This document shows, piece by piece, positions 1-15,000 of a stretch of 64,000 bases of DNA; the stretch's first letter is position 1; each line of letters starts with the position of its first letter. The notes beneath the pieces were generated by a model. It saw nothing but the letters and a program-made list of their open reading frames with translations. It did no database searches and had not been told where the DNA came from. The DNA lies in NCBI GenBank assembly GCA_958295535.1, contig OY282356.1:2244611-2308610 (forward strand). Direction: 5' to 3'. Position numbers and translations under genes: made by a program. This stretch comes from Gemmatimonadota bacterium (GTDB lineage: Bacteria > Gemmatimonadota > Gemmatimonadetes > Palauibacterales > Palauibacteraceae).

Positions 1-3000
1 TCGTGATCGACACCGCGCTCACCGCAGGCACGGTCGCCCGCCCGTCCACTTTGTGAGCCGGCGCGTTGGAGATGGCGTGGCTGCCCAAGCCCCGCGCCGC
101 ATCGACTCCCGCCGCGCTCTGGAGGGTGCCGCCGGAGAGCGCCAAGCCGGTCGCCGGCACGCTGATCCCGTCGGTGTCGGCGTCCGTCGCCTTGGTCACG
201 TAGGTGAAGACGAGGGTTTGAGTACGACTGCCGCTGGAGTAGAGGGCGGTCGGCGTCTTGGTTCCGATCCCCAGCGCGAGCGTGGGCGTGCCGGTCACCG
301 TCACCGGCAGAGTGAAGTCCACTTGGACAGAGATCGTCTCGCCCGCGCCGTAGGTGTTCCCGCTTGCGGGCGACGTGACGATCGACACTGCGTTAACGAC
401 GGGCGCCGTGGCCGGGCCGTCCACCTTGTGGCCGCTCGCGTCGGCGATGGCGTGACTGCCCAGCCCCAGCGCGGCATGCGCCGACGTCGCGGTCGTGATA
501 GTCCCGTTGTTGAGCGACAACGCCGATGAGACAACGCTGATCCCGTTGTTGTCCTGGTCGGTGGCCGCCACCTCGTAGCTAAACGTCAGCGTGCCGGTTC
601 CGCTCCCGCTGGCGTAAGCGGCCTGCCGCGTCGCGCTCCCGATGCCCAGCGCCAGCTGCGGCGTGCCCGTCACGGTCACGGAGGCGCTGAATCCAACCTG
701 GACGCTGATCGTTTCGCCCGCCCCGTAGGTGTCGCCGCTGGCCGGCGCGCTGGAGATGGAGACCGAGTTCACGGTGGCGGTGGCCACGCTGCCGTCCACC
801 CTGTGGTTCGTCGAGTTCGTGATCGCGTTCGTGCTTAGGCTCGCCGCCACCGTTGCGTCGCGCGCATCGTTGATCGCGCCTCTGTTCAACCCCAGCGCGT
901 TCGCCCCGACGCTGATCCCGTCGCTGTCGCGGTCGGATGCCTGCACCGTGTACCGGAAGGTCAGGCTGTCCGTGCCCGTGCCCGAGGCGTAGTCCGCTTG
1001 GCGCGTCTCCGAGCCGATTCCAAGCGCCAGCTGCGGCGTGCCGCTCACGGTCACCGACCGCGTGAACGTCACCGCCACCTCGATCCGCTCGCCCTGCCCG
1101 TACGTGTTGCCGTTGCCCGGGGCACTCGCTATCGCCGCGCCGCTCGCCACCGCCCCCGTGAACGTCCTGCCCGCCACCTTGTGGCTGAAGCTGTTGTCGA
1201 TCGCGTTCGCGCCCAGCCCCAGCAGAGCATCGGTAGTCGCGCCAGCCGCATCGATCGACCCGCTGTTCAGCGACAGCGCGTTTGCCGCGATGCTGAGCCC
1301 GTCGTTGTCCGCGTCCGCCTGCACCACCGTGTACTCGAACACCAGCGACGCCGTCCCCGTGCCCGAGGCGTAGGACGCCTGCCGCGTCTGCGCGCCGATC
1401 CCCAGCGCCAGCTGCGGCATGCCGTCCACGTCCACCGCCTTGTTGAACGTCACCGTGACCTCGATCCGCTCGCTCCGCTCGAACGTGCTGCCCACCTCGG
1501 GCAGATCGACGGTCACGCCCGTCACGCCCGGCGGCCCCAGGCTGCCCTCCACCCTGTGGCTGGAGTTGCTCGAGATCGCGTTCGTACCCAGCTCCAGGCT
1601 CGCCGCAACCGCCGCGTCGCGAGCGTCGTTGATCTCCCCGCTGTTCAGCCCGAGCGCGGTCGCCCCGACGCTGATCCCGTCCGTGTCGCGGTCGGATACC
1701 TGCACCGTGTACCGGAAGGTCAGGCTGTCCGTGCCCGTGCCGGAGGCGTAGTCCGCTTGGCGGATCGCCGAGCCGATTCCCAGCGCCAGCTGCGGCGTGC
1801 CGCTTACGGTCACGGGCCGCGTGAACGTCACCGCCACCTCGATCCGCTCGCCCAGGCCGTACGTGTTGCCGCTCGCCGGGTTGCTCGCTATCTCGGCGCC
1901 GCTTACCGCCGCCGCCGTGAACGTCCCGCCCGCCACCTTGTGGCTCCCGCTGTTGTCGATAGCGTTCGCGCCCAGCCCCAGCACCGCGTCAGTAGCCCCA
2001 CCAGCCACATCGATCCTACCGCTGTTCAGCGACAGTGCGTTCGCCGCGATGCTGATCCCGTCGTTGTCCGCATCGCCCGATGCGACCGTGTACCGGAACA
2101 CAAGCGACGCCGTGCCCGTGCCCGAGGCGTAGGACGCCTGCCGCGTCTGCGCGCCAATCCCCAGCGCCAGCTGCGGCGTGCCGCCCACGTCCACCGCCTT
2201 GTTGAACGTCACCGTGACCTCGATGGTCTCGCCACGCTCGTAGATGTCGCCCACGGCCGGCGAGCCGATCGCCACGGCCGTCACCCCCGGCGGCCCTTGG
2301 GCGCCGTCCACCATGTGATCCCCGTTGTCGGTGATCGCGTTCGTACCCAGCCCCAGGCTCGCCGTCGTCGTCCCGTCGCGCGCGTCGTTGATCGCACCGC
2401 TGTTCAGCCCCAGGGCGGTCGCTGCGACGCTGATCCCGTCGCTGTCGCTGTCTGCCGCCACAACGGCATAGCGGAACGTCAGGCTGTCCGTACCCGTGCC
2501 CGAGACGTAGTTCGCCTGGCGCGTCTCAGTGCCGATCCCCAACGCCAGCTGCGGCGTGCCGCTCACGGTTACGGACCGCGTGAGGATCACCGCCACCTCG
2601 ATCGCCTCGCCCGTCCCGTACGTGCTGCCGCTGGCGGGGCTACTGGCGATCGACACGCCAGTCACCGACGGGGCCGTGAACGAGGCGCCCGCCACCTTGT
2701 GGTTCCGGCTGTTGTCGATCGCGGCCGCGCCCAGCCCCAGCAGAGCATCGGTCGCCCCGCCCGCCACATCGATCGACCCGCCGTTCAGCGCCAGCGCGTC
2801 CGCCCCGATGCTGAGCCCGTCCGTATCCGCGTCCGCCTGCACCACCGTGTACCGGAACACAAGCGACGCCGTGCCCGTCCCCGAGACGTAGGACGCCTGC
2901 CGCGTCACCGTGCCGATTCCCAGCGCCAGCTGCGGCGTGCCGCCCACGTCCACCGCTTTGTTGAACGTCACCGTGACTTCGATGGTCTCGCCACGCTCGA

Positions 3001-6000
3001 ACGTGTCGCCCACGACCGGCGAGTTCAGCGCCACGACCGTCACGCCCGGCGGCCCCAGGGCTCCGTTCACCTTGTGGCCCGTGGCGACTGCGATGGCGTG
3101 GGCGCCGAGGGCCAAGTTCACGTTGGTGCCCGCACCGGTCCGGATCGTGCCCCCGTTCAGAGACAGCGCACTCGGGCCGATGCCGAGCCCGTCGGTGTCC
3201 ATGTCGACTGGTCCTACCACGTAGCTGAACGTCAGCGTCTTCGTGTCGGAGCCAGCCGAGTAGGCGGCCTGGGCCGCCGCTCCGCCGATCGCCAGAGCCA
3301 GCCGCGGCGTCCCTGTCACCGTCACGGGGACGGCGAAGGTCACCTGCGCCAAGATCGTTTCGCCCGCCTCGTAGGTGCTGCCGCTCCCTGGCGTGCTGGA
3401 GATCGCCAGCCCGGTCGCCCCCGGCATCGTGGTGGGCCCGTCCACCTTGTGGCCGCTCAAGTTGACGATGACGTGACTGCCCAGCCCCAGCGTCGCGTCA
3501 GTTCCCGATCCGCTTCGGATCGTGCCCCCGCTCAGCCCGAGCGCGTTGGCCCCGATGCCGATGCCGTCGGTGTCCCGGTCCGAGGCGAGCACGGCATAAC
3601 TGAAGGTCAAGGTCCGAGTTCCGCTGCCGACGGCGTAGGCGGCGCGCGCGACTTCGGTTCCTATGCCCAGCGCCAGCTCCGGCGTCCCTGTCACGATCAC
3701 CGGAACCTGGAACTGCACCCCGACGGATATTGTCTCGCCCGCCCCGTAGGTGTCGCCGCCGGCAGGCGAGCTCGTCACCGAGACCCCGGCCACCGATGGC
3801 GTCGTGGCCGTGCTGCCATCCACCTTGTGGCCCGTGGCGGCGGCGATGGCGTGGCTGCCCAAGCCGAGGGTCGCGTCCTCGCCGTGCGCGCTCCGGATAC
3901 TGCCGCTGTTCAGCGACAGCGCGTTCGCAGTCACGTCGATCCCGTCGGTGTCGGCGTCCGAGGACTGGACGGAGTAGCCGAACGTCAGAGTATTCGTGCC
4001 GCTCCCGCTCAGATGTCCGGCCTGCCTCGTGAAGCCGCCGATCGCAAGGGCCAGCTGCGGCGCGCCCGTCACGTCCACGGCGATGTCGAACCCGACTTTC
4101 ACCTTGATCCGCTCGCCGGCCCGGTACGTGTCGCCCACGACCGGAGCGCTCGCCACCGAGACTGCGTTCGCCGACGGGGCCGTCGCAGTCGATCCGTCCA
4201 CCCTGTGGCCGCTGGAGTTCGTGATCGCCGAGCTGCCCAGCCCCAGCGCCGCGTTGGTTCCGGCGCCGCTCCGGATTGTGCCGCCGTTCAATCCCAGAGC
4301 GCTCGCGTCGATGCTGATCCCGTCCGTATCGACGTCTGTCGCGGACACCTCGTACTGGAACGTCAAGTTCTCCGTGCCGCTTCCGCTGGAATAGGCCGCT
4401 TGCACGGTCCCGGCGCCCATCCCCAGCTCCAGCTGCGGCGTACCCGTCACCGTTACCGGAATCTGGAAGGAGATCCGCACCGGGATCGTCTCGCCCGCTC
4501 CGAAGGTTTGGCCGCTCGAGGGGTTGCCGATGCTAGCCCCGTTCACGGCAGGCACCGTCGCCGGGCCGTCCACCTTGTGGTTCGACGAGTTGGAGATCGC
4601 GTGGCTGTTCAGATAGAGCGCGAGAGCCGTGCCGCCGGCGTTTTCGATGCTTCCGCCGTTCAGGGTAAGCGCATTCGGCCCGATGCTGATGCCGTCGTTG
4701 TCCACATCCGTGGCCTTCACCGTATAGTCGAACGGCACTGTGTATACGGTAGCAGACTGCGACGCGAAGTTCGCCTGGACGGTAGAGGCGCCGATCGTCA
4801 GTGTCAGCTGCGGCGTCCCGGAAACCGCAAGCGCGGTACCAAACCGAACCACCGCCTGGATCGTCTCCCCGGCCCCGTATGTGGTTCCGCTCGCGGGGCT
4901 GCTCGTGATCGTCACTCCGGTCACGTCCGACAACAGCGTCCCGTTTACCAAGTGGCTGCCGTCGTTGGAGATGGAATGGCTGCCCAGCCCCAGCGCCGCG
5001 TTCGTGCCCGTGCCGCTCCGGATCGTGCCGCCATTGAGCGACAACGCGTTGACGCTGACGCCGTTGCCGTCGCTGTCCACCGCCTGCACCTCGTAGCCGA
5101 ACGTCAGCGTTCGTGTTTCGCTGCCGCTCGCATAGCTCGCCTGAACGTTAGAGGCCCCGATACCCAGCGTTAGCTGCGGCGCCCCTATCACCGTCACGGG
5201 GACCTGGAAGCCGACTTGCACGGAGATCGTCTCGCCGGCCCTGTAGTGCGTTCCGATGGGCGAACTGGTGATCGACACGGCGTCCACGACCGGAACGGTA
5301 GCGGCGCCGCTCACCTTGTGACCGGCATCGTTGGTAATCGCGTGGCTGCCGAGCGACAGCGCCGCCGCCGTCCCCACGCCGGTCTGAATCGCGCCTCCGC
5401 CGAGCGACAGCGCATTCGCCCCGACGCTGACCCCGTTGTCATCGGAGTCCGCGGCCGCAACCGTGTACGCGAACGTCAGGGCGTTCGTCCCGCTGCCGCT
5501 CGCGTAGGCCGCCTGCCGCACCTTGGAGCCGATGCCCAGCGCGAGCCGCGGCGTTCCCGCCACCGTCACGCCGACTTGGTAGCCGATGCGCACGGAGATC
5601 GTCTCGCCCGCCCCGTATGTGTCGCCGCTGGCCGGGCTGCTCGTGATCGTCACCCCTGCAACCGTGGCCGCCGTGGCCGCGCGGCCGTCCACTTTGTGGT
5701 CGGACGCCGTGGCGATGGCGTGGCTGCCCAAGTCCAGCGCCGCGTTCGCGCCGAGGGCGCTCTGGATCGTTCCGCCGGCGAGCGACAAGGCGCTCGCAAC
5801 CATGCCGACTCCGTCCGAGTCCCGGTCCGCAAACTGCACGACGTACGAGAAGGCGAGCGTCTTCGTCCCGCTCCCGCCCGAGTACGCCGCCTGCCGGGTT
5901 CCGCCGCCGAGGGACAGCGCCAGCCGAGGCGCGCCCGTCACGTTCACCGCGATGTTGAACGCGACATCCACGTCGATCCGCTCGCCAGCTCCGTACGTGT

Positions 6001-9000
6001 CGCCGCTGGCCGGCGAACTGGTCAGGCTCGCGCCGGTCACCGACGGGACCGCTATCAGGCTCCCGTTCACTCGGTGGCCGTCAGAGTCGGTGACGGCGTG
6101 GCTGCCCAACGCCAGCGACGCGTTGGTTCCCGTTCCGCTCTGGATCGTGCCGCTGTTCAGCGACAGCGCGTTCGCCCCGACTGTGATCCCGTCCGGGTCC
6201 GAGTCCGCCGCCTGCACCAAGTAGTGGAACGTCAGGGTGTTGGTCCCGCTGCCGCTGGCGTACGCCGCCTGCTTGGTCGAACTTCCGATCCCCAGCGTTA
6301 CGTATGGCGCGCCCGTCACCGTCACGGGAATCTGGAAGCCGACCCGCACTTCGATCGTCTCGCCCGCCCCGTAGCTGTTCCCGCTCCCCGGACCGGCGGC
6401 GAAGTTCAGCGCGTTCACCGTGGGTACCGTCGTCGTGCCGTTCACCTTGTGGTTCACGGAGTTCGTCAGCGCCAAGTCGCCGAGCCCGATGGCGAAGTTG
6501 CTAATGGAGCTGCTGTATATGCGCCCCCCGTTCAGCGTCAGGGCGTTGGGCCCGATGCTGATGCCGTCGGCATCCAGATCGACGGCCTGCACCGTGTACC
6601 TGAAGTACAGGCTAGAGACCGAGACGCGGTCGAAGTCGGCCTGCCTGGCGGCGTTGCCGATTGTCAGCTCAAGTTGCGGCGTCCCGTCCACCGTCGGGAA
6701 ACCGCCGAACATGACCAGCGCTTCGATCACCTCGCCGGCTGCGTAGGTGGTTCCGCTGGCCGGGGCGCTGTTCACGCGGAGGACTCCGGGGCTGCCGACG
6801 GCTCCGGTTCCTAGTACGGATTGGCCGTTTGCGTTGTTGATGGCGTGGCTGCCCAATGTCAGCGCCGCGGTGGTCCCGCTCCGGCTTTGAATCGTTCCGC
6901 TGTTCAGCGACAGGGCGGTAGCGGTGATGCTGATCCCGTCGCCGTCCACGTCTGTCTCTTGCACGGCGTAGTCGAACGTCAGGGTCTTCGTCCCGCTGCC
7001 GCCGGCGTAGGCCGCCTGTCGGACCGTGCTCCCGATCGTCAGCCCTAGCTGCGGCGCGCCCGTCACCGTCACCGCCAAGCTGAAGCCCACCTGCACCGAG
7101 ATGTTTTCTCTCTCCCCGTAGGCGGCATGGACCGGAGAGGTGGTGATCGAAACCGAGTTCACCACCGGAACCGTCGTCGTTCCGTCCACCTTGTGGCTGC
7201 CGGAGTTGGTGATGGCGTGGGTCCCGAGACCCGTGCTCGCGTCCGCGCCCAAGCTGCTCTGAATCGCGCCGCCGTTCAGGGACAGCGCAGCCGCGCCGAT
7301 GCTGATGCCGTCCGTGTCCTCGTCGGTGGCCAGCGGCGCGTAGCTGAACGTCAAGATCCGCGTCCCGCTCCCGTCGGCGTAGGCCGCGTTCGCCGTGCCG
7401 GGACCGATTCCCAGCGCCAACTGCGGCGTTCCGGTCACCGTCACCGGCAAGCTGAAGCCCACCTGCACCGAGATCGTCTCGCCCCCCGCGTACGTGCTCG
7501 CGCTGGCGGGAGAGCTGGATATAGTCACACTGGTCACGGACGGCACGGGCACCACGCTGCCGTCCACCTTGACGACTTGGCTCAGTCGGTTATTAAGGGC
7601 TTGGGCGACGAGAGGCAGCAAGGCATTCGTCCCTCCCGCGGTCCGAATGGTTCCGCCGGCCAGCGTCAGCGCGCCCGAACCCACGCTCACCCCGTCCGCG
7701 TCCCTGTCGCCGGGCCGAACCGCGTACTCGAACCGCAGGGTCCGGGCGCTGACGAGGCGCACGTAATCCGCCTGTTCGGTTGCGCTTCCGATCGTCAGCG
7801 CCAGCTGCGGCGTGCCCGTGACCACCACGGGCAAGCTGAAGAGAACCTGTACGGCGATCGTCTCGCCGGCTCCGTAGGTGTCGCCGCTGGCCGGCGAGCT
7901 GACGACCAAGATCGAAGTGAACGTCGGTGCGGTAGCCACCCCGTTCACCTTGTGCGCCGTGTCGTTCCCGAAGGCGTGGCTGCCCAGCGCCAGCGCCGCG
8001 TTGGTCGCGACGCCGCTGCGGATCGTTCCACCGCCCGCCGTCAGCGCGCCCCCGCCGACGCTGATTCCGTCGTTGTCCAAGTCCGTTGCCCCCACGCGGT
8101 ACTGGAACGTCAGGGTCTTGCTCCCGCTCCCGCCGACATACGCCGCCTGCGCCGTCTCGCCTCCAATTCCAAGCGCCAGTTGGGGCGTTCCCGACACCTG
8201 GACCACCACTGTGAACCCGACCTGCAGCTCGATCACCTCGTTGGCTCCGTAGGCGTCCCTCCTGGCCGGCGAGCTGGAGATGGAGACCGCGCTCACCGCC
8301 GGCACGGTCGCCGTCGAGCCGTCCACGTTGTGGTTCGGCGCGGCGGCGAAGGCGTGGCTGCCCAGATTGCGGTTCGCTATCGCGCTGCTCGCCGTAGAAA
8401 CCAGCACGCCGCCGGTTAACGCGCCCGCGGCCACGCCTATGCCGTTGGCGTCCGTGTCGGCGGCCTGCACCACGTAACCGAATCTGAGCGTCTTGCTTGC
8501 GATCTCGCCGCTCAGGAGGGACGCCTGCCGGGTCGCCGCGCCGATGGTCAACGCCAGCTGCACGTTGCCGCTAACGGACACCTCGATGTTGAGACCGACG
8601 TCGATCTCGATCCGCTCGCCGGCCCCGTAGGTGTTGCCGCTGGCCGGAGAGCTGGTGACCGTCACCGCGTTTACGGTGGGCGGCGTGGCCGTGCTCCCGT
8701 CCACCTTGTGATCACCGTCGTCGGAGATTGCGTGGTGGCCCAAATCCAGGACGGCCGCCCTGCCGGTTGCAGCGCTACGGATGGCGCCGCCGTTGAGAGC
8801 CAGCGCGTCCGCCCCGACTGCAATGCCGTCCGTATCCGCGTCGGCGCCCGCCACCGCGTACTCGAACGTCAGCGACGCGGTCCCGCTCCCGGAGGCGTAG
8901 GACGCTTGGCGCGTCTGCGACCCGATCGTCAGCGCCAGCTGCGGGGCGCCGGTTACACTCACCGACACCGAGAACCCCACCTGCACCGAGATCGTCTCTC

Positions 9001-12000
9001 CGGCGCCGTAGGTGTCGCCGCTGGCCGGCGCGCTGGAGATGGAGGCCGAGTACACGGTGGCGGTGGCCACGCTGCCGTCCACCTTGTGATCCCCGTCGTT
9101 GGCGATCGCGTTCGTGCCCAGCCCCAGGCTCGCCGCCACCGACGCGTCCCGAGCGTCGGCGATGGCGCCGCTGCTCAACCGGAGCGCGGCAGCCCCGACG
9201 CTGATCCCGTCCGTGTCGCTGTCGGCCGCCTGCACCGCGTACCGGAACGTCAGGCTGTCCGTCCCCGAGCCCGAGGCATAGTTCGCTTGGCGCGTCTGCG
9301 CGCCGATTCCCAACTCCAGCAGCGGCGTGACGAGCCCGATCCTCACAGGCCGCGTGAACGTCACCGCCACCTCGATCCGCTCGCTCCTCCCGTACGTGCT
9401 GCCGCTCGCCGGGCTGCTAGCTATCGCCGCGCCGTTCGCCGCCGCCGCCGTGAACGTCCCGCCCGCCACCTTGTGGCTCTCGCTGTTCTGGATCGCGTTC
9501 AGCCCCAGCCCCAGGTTCGCGTCCGTCATGCCGCCGGCGACCTTGATCGTCCCGCTGTTCAGCGACAGCGCGTTCGCCGCGATGCTGATCCCGTCGTTGT
9601 CGGCGTCCGCCTGCACCACCGTGTAACGGAACACCAGCGAAGCGCTGCCTGTGCCGGAGACGTAGGAAGCCTGCCGCGTCGCCGTGCCGATCCCCAGCGC
9701 CAGCTGCGGCGTGCCGCCCACATCCACCGCCTTGTTGAACGTGACCGTCACCTCTATGGTATCGTCCAAGTCGAACGTGTCGCCCACGACCGGCGAGCCG
9801 ATGGCCACGCCCGCCACCCCCGGCGGCCCCTGGCTGCCGTCCACCATGTGATCGCCGTCGTCGGTGATCGCGTAGGAGACCGCGTTCGTCCCCAGCGCAA
9901 GGCTCGCCGCCGTCGTCCCGTCACGAGCGTCGTTGATCGACCCGCCGTTCAGCCCCAGAGCGGTCGCCCCGACGCTGATCCCGTCGTTGTCGCTGTCGGC
10001 CGCCTGCACCGCGTACTCGAACGTCAGGCTGTCCGTCCCCGTGCCCGAGGCATAGTCCGCCTGCCGCGTCTCCGTGCCGATCCCCAGCGCCAGCTGAGGC
10101 GTGCCGCTCACGGTCACCGGCCGCGTGAACGTCACCGCCACCTCGATCCGCTCGCCCAGACCGTACGTGCTGCCGCTCGCCGGACTGCTAGCTATCGCCG
10201 CGCCGCTCACCGCCGGAGCCGTGAGCGTCCCGCCGGCCACCTTGTGGCTCCCGCTGTTCTCGATAGCGTTCGTGCCCAGACCAAGGGTCGCGTCCGTCGT
10301 GCCGCCCGCCACATCGATCGTCCCGCTGTTCAGCGACAGCGCGTTCGCCCCGATGCTGATCCCGTCGTTGTCCACGTCTGCCTGCACCACCGCGTACCCG
10401 AACACCAGCGACGCCGTCCCCGTCCCCGAGGCGTAGTCGGCCTGCCGCGTCTGCAACCCGATTCCAAGCGCCAGCTGCGGTGTGCCGCCCACATCCACCG
10501 CCTTGTTGAACGTCACCGCGACTTCGATGGTCTCGCCCCGCTCGAACGTGCTGCCCACGACCGGCGAGCCGATGGCCACGCCCGTCACCACAGGAGGCCC
10601 CTGGTTGCCATCCACCTTGTGATCCCCGTCGTCGGTGATCGCGTTCGTGCCCAGCCCAAGGCTCGCCGTCACCGCCGCGTCCCGAGCATCGTTGATCGCC
10701 CCGCTGTTCAGCGTCAGCGCGGTCCTTGCAACGCTGATCCCGTCGCTGTCGCTGTCGGATGCCTGCACCGCGTAATGGAACGTCAGGCTGTCCGTACCCG
10801 TGCCCGTGGCGTAGTTCGCCTGCCGGGTCGCCGTGCCGATCCCCAGCGCCAGCTGCGGCGTGCCGCTCACGGTCACCGGCCGCGTGAACGTCACCGCCAC
10901 CTCGATCCGCTCGCTTGGACCGTATGTGTCGTCGCCCGCCGGACTGCTCGCTATCGCCGCGCCGTTTACCGCCGCCGCCGTCAACGTCGCGCCCGCCACC
11001 TTGTGGCTCCCGCTGTTCTCGATCGCGTTCGTCCCTAGATCCAGCAGCGCGTCCGCCGTACCGGGCCAGCGCCTGATCGTCCCGCCGTTCAGCGACAGCG
11101 CGTCCGCCGCGATGCTGATCCCGTCGTTGTCCGCGTCCGCCTGCACCACCGTGTAACGGAACCCGAGCGACGCCGTCCGGTTGCCCGAGAGGTAGGCAGC
11201 CTGCCGCGTCGCCGAGCCGATCCCCAGCGCCAGCCGCGGCGAGCCGCCCACATCCACCGCCTCGTCGAACGTGACCGTGACTTCGATGGTCTCGCCCCGC
11301 TCGTAGATGTCGCCCACGACCGGCGAGTTCAGCGCCACGCCCGTCACCCCCGGCGGCCCCTCGCCGCCGTCCACCCCGTAGCCCGCCAAGTTCGAGAACG
11401 CGTCCGCGCCCAGCCCCAGATTCGCCGAAATCGTCGGGTCTCCAGCGTCGTTGATCTCGCCGCCGTTCAACACGAGCGCATCGGCCGCGATACTGATCCC
11501 GTCGCGGTCGCGGTCGGATGCTACCACCGTGTAACGGAACCCGAGCGACGCCGTCCCCGAACCCGAGACGTAGGACGCCTGCCGCGTCGCCGCCCCGATT
11601 CCCAGCGCCAGCTGCGGCGTGCCGCTCACGGTCACCGGCCGCGTGAACCCCACACTGACCCTGATTCGGTCGTCCAGACCGTACGCGCCGTCGCTAGGTC
11701 TGTCAGCTACATGCACCCCGTACACAGAGGGCGCCGCCACCCTCTCCCGGCTGCCGTCCACCCTGTGGCCCGGCGAACTCCGGATCGCGTTCGTCCCCAG
11801 CCCAAGGCTCACCGCCACCGCCGCGTCTCGAGCATCGTTGATCGACCCGCTGTTCAGCGACAGCGCGTTAGCCCCGACGCCGATCCCGTTGTTGTCGCTG
11901 TCGGCCGACTGCACCGTGTACCGGAACGTCAGGCTGTCCGTCCCCGTCCCCGAGGCGTAGCTCGCTTGGCGAGTCCCCTCGCCGACTCTCAGCTCCAGCT

Positions 12001-15000
12001 GCGGCGTGCCGGTCACGGTCACCGGCCGCGTGAACGTCACCGCCACCTCGATCCGCTCGCCCAGCCAGTACCTGCGGTCGCTCCCCGGGTTGCTCGCTAT
12101 CGCCGCGCCGTTCGCCGCCGCCGCCGTGAACGTCCCGCCCGCCACCTTGTGGCTCTCGCTGTTCTGGATCGCGTTCAGCCCCAGCCCCAGGTTCGCGTCC
12201 GTCATGCCGCCGGCGACCTTGATCGTCCCGCTGTTCAGCGACAGCGCGTTCGCCGCGATGCTGATCCCGTCGTTGTCCACGTCCGCCTGCACCACCGCGT
12301 ACCCGAACACCAGCGACGCCGTCCCCGTCCCCGAGGCGTAGTCGGCCTGCCGCGTCGCCGAGCCGATCCCCAGCCCCAGCTGCGGCGTGCCGCCCACGTC
12401 CACCGCCTTGTCGAACGTCACCGTGACCTCGATGGTCTCGCCACGCTCGAACGTGTCGCCCACCGCCGACGAGCCGATGGACACGCCCGCCACCCCAGGC
12501 GGCCCCTGGCTGCCGTTCACCTTGTGATCGCCGTCGGCGGCGATCGCGTTCGTCCCCAGGCTCGCCGCCGTCGTCCCGTCACGAGCGTCGTTGATCGACC
12601 CGCCGTTCAGCGTCAGAGCGTTCCCCCCGACGCTGATCCCGTCGTTGTCGCTGTCCGCCGCCACCACGGCGTAGCGGAACGTCAAGCTGTCCGTACCCGT
12701 GCCCGAGACATAGTTCGCTTGGCGAATCTCCGTGCCGATCCCCAGCGCCAGCCGAGGCGTGCCGCTCACCGTCACGGGCCGCGTGAACGTCACCGCCACA
12801 TCGACCGGCTCGCTTGGACCGTATGTGTCGCCGCCCGCCGGACTGCTAGCTATCGCCGCGCCGCTCACCGCCGGAGCCGTGAACGTCCCGCCAGCCACCT
12901 TGTGGCTCCCGCTGTTCTCGATAGCGTTCGTGCCCAGACCAAGCAGCGCGTCGGTGGTTCCGCCCGCCACATCGATCGCCCCGCTGTTCAGCGACAGCGC
13001 GTTCGCCCCGATGCTGATCCCGTCGTTGTCCACGTCCGCCTGCACCACCGCGTACCCGAACACCAGCGACGCCGTCCCCGTCCCCGAGGCGTAGTCGGCC
13101 TGCCGCGTCGCCGAGCCGATCCCCAGCTCCAGCTGCGGCGTGCCGCCCACCTCCACCGCCTTGTTGAACGTCACCCTGACTTCGATGGTCTCGTCCCGCT
13201 CGAACGTGTCGCCCGCCGGCGGCGAGCCGATGGACACGCCCGTCACCCCAGGAGGCCCCTGGCTGCCGTCCACCTTGTGATCGCCGTCGTCGGTGATCGC
13301 GTTCGTCCCCAATCCCAGGCTCGCCGCGCCCGCCCGCGCGTCGTCGATCGCCCCGCTGTTCAACCCCAGCGCGCTCGCCCCGACGCTGATCCCGTCGCTG
13401 TCGCTGTCGGATGCCTGCACCGTGTAACGGAACGTCAGGCTGTCCGTACCCGTGCCCGAGGCGTAGTTCGCCTGCCGGGTCGCCGTGCCGATCCCCAGTG
13501 CCAGCTGCGGCGTGCCGCTCACGGTCACGGGCCGCGTGAACGTCACCGCCACCTCGATCCGCTCGCCCAGCCCGTACGTGCTGCCGCTCGCCGGACTGCT
13601 CGCTATCGCCACGCCGCTCGCCGCCGCCAACGTGAACGTCCCGCCAGCCACCTTGTGGCTCCCGCTGTTCCCGATCGCGTTCGTCCCTAGACCCAGCAGC
13701 GCGTCCGCCGTACCGGGCCAGCGCCTGATCGTCCCGCTGTTCAGCGACAGCGCGTTCGCCGCGATGCTGATCCCGTCGTTGTCCTCGTCCGCCTGCACCA
13801 CCGTGTAACGGAACCCGAGCGACGCCGTCCGGTTGCCCGAGAGGTAGGCAGCCTGCCGCGTCGCCGAGCCGATCCCCAGCGCCAGCCGCGGCGAGCCGCC
13901 CACATCCACCGCCTCGTCGAACGTCACCGTGACCTCGATGGTCTCGCCCAGCTCGTAGATGTCGCCCACCGCCGGCGAGCCGATGGACACGCCCGTCACC
14001 CCCGGCGGCCCCTCGCCGCCGTCCACCCCGTAGCCCGCCAAGTTCGAGAACGCGTCCGCGCCCAGCCCCAGATTCGCCGAAATCGTCGGGTCTCCAGCGT
14101 CGTTGATCTCGCCGCCGTTCAACACGAGCGCATCGGCCGCGATACTGATCCCGTCGCTGTCGCGGTCGGATGCTACCACCGTGTAACGGAACCCGAGCGA
14201 CGCCGTCCCCGAACCCGAGACGTAGGACGCCTGCCGCGTCGCCGTGCCGATCCCCAGCGCCAGCTGCGGCGTGCCGCTCACGGTCACCGGCCGCGTGAAC
14301 CCCACACTGACCCTGATTCGGTCGTCCAGACCGTACGTGCCGTCGCTAGGTCTGTCAGCTACATGCACCCCGTACACAGAGGGCGCCGCCGCCCTCTCCC
14401 GGCTGCCGTCCACCCTGTGGCCCGGCGAACTCCGGATCGCGTTCGTCCCCAGCCCAAGGCTCACAGCCACCGCCGCGTCTCGAGCATCGTTGATCTGCCC
14501 GCTGTTCAGCGACAGCGCGTTAGCCCCGACGCCGATCCCGTTGTTGTCGCTGTCGGCCGACTGCACCGTGTACCGGAACGTCAGGCTGTCCGTCCCCGTC
14601 CCCGAGGCGTAGCTCGCTTGGCGAGTCCCCTCGCCGACTCTCAGCTCCAGCAGCGGCGTGCCGGTCACGGTCACCGGCCGCGTGAACGTCACCGCCACCT
14701 CGATCCGCTCGCCCAGCCAGTACCTGCGGTCGCTCCCCGGGTTGCTCGCTATCGCCGCGCCGCTCACCGCCGCCGCCGTGAACGTCCCCCCCGCCACCTT
14801 GTGGCCCGTGCTGTTGCTGATCACGTGGGTCCCCAGCCCCAGGTTCGCGTCCGTCGTGCCGCCAGCCACATCGATCGTCCCGCTGTTCAGCCCCAGCGCG
14901 CCGGCCGCGATGCTGATCCCGTCGTTGTCCACGTCCGCCTGCACCACCGCGTACCCGAACACCAGCGACGCCGTCCCCGTCCCCGAGGCGTAGCTCGCTT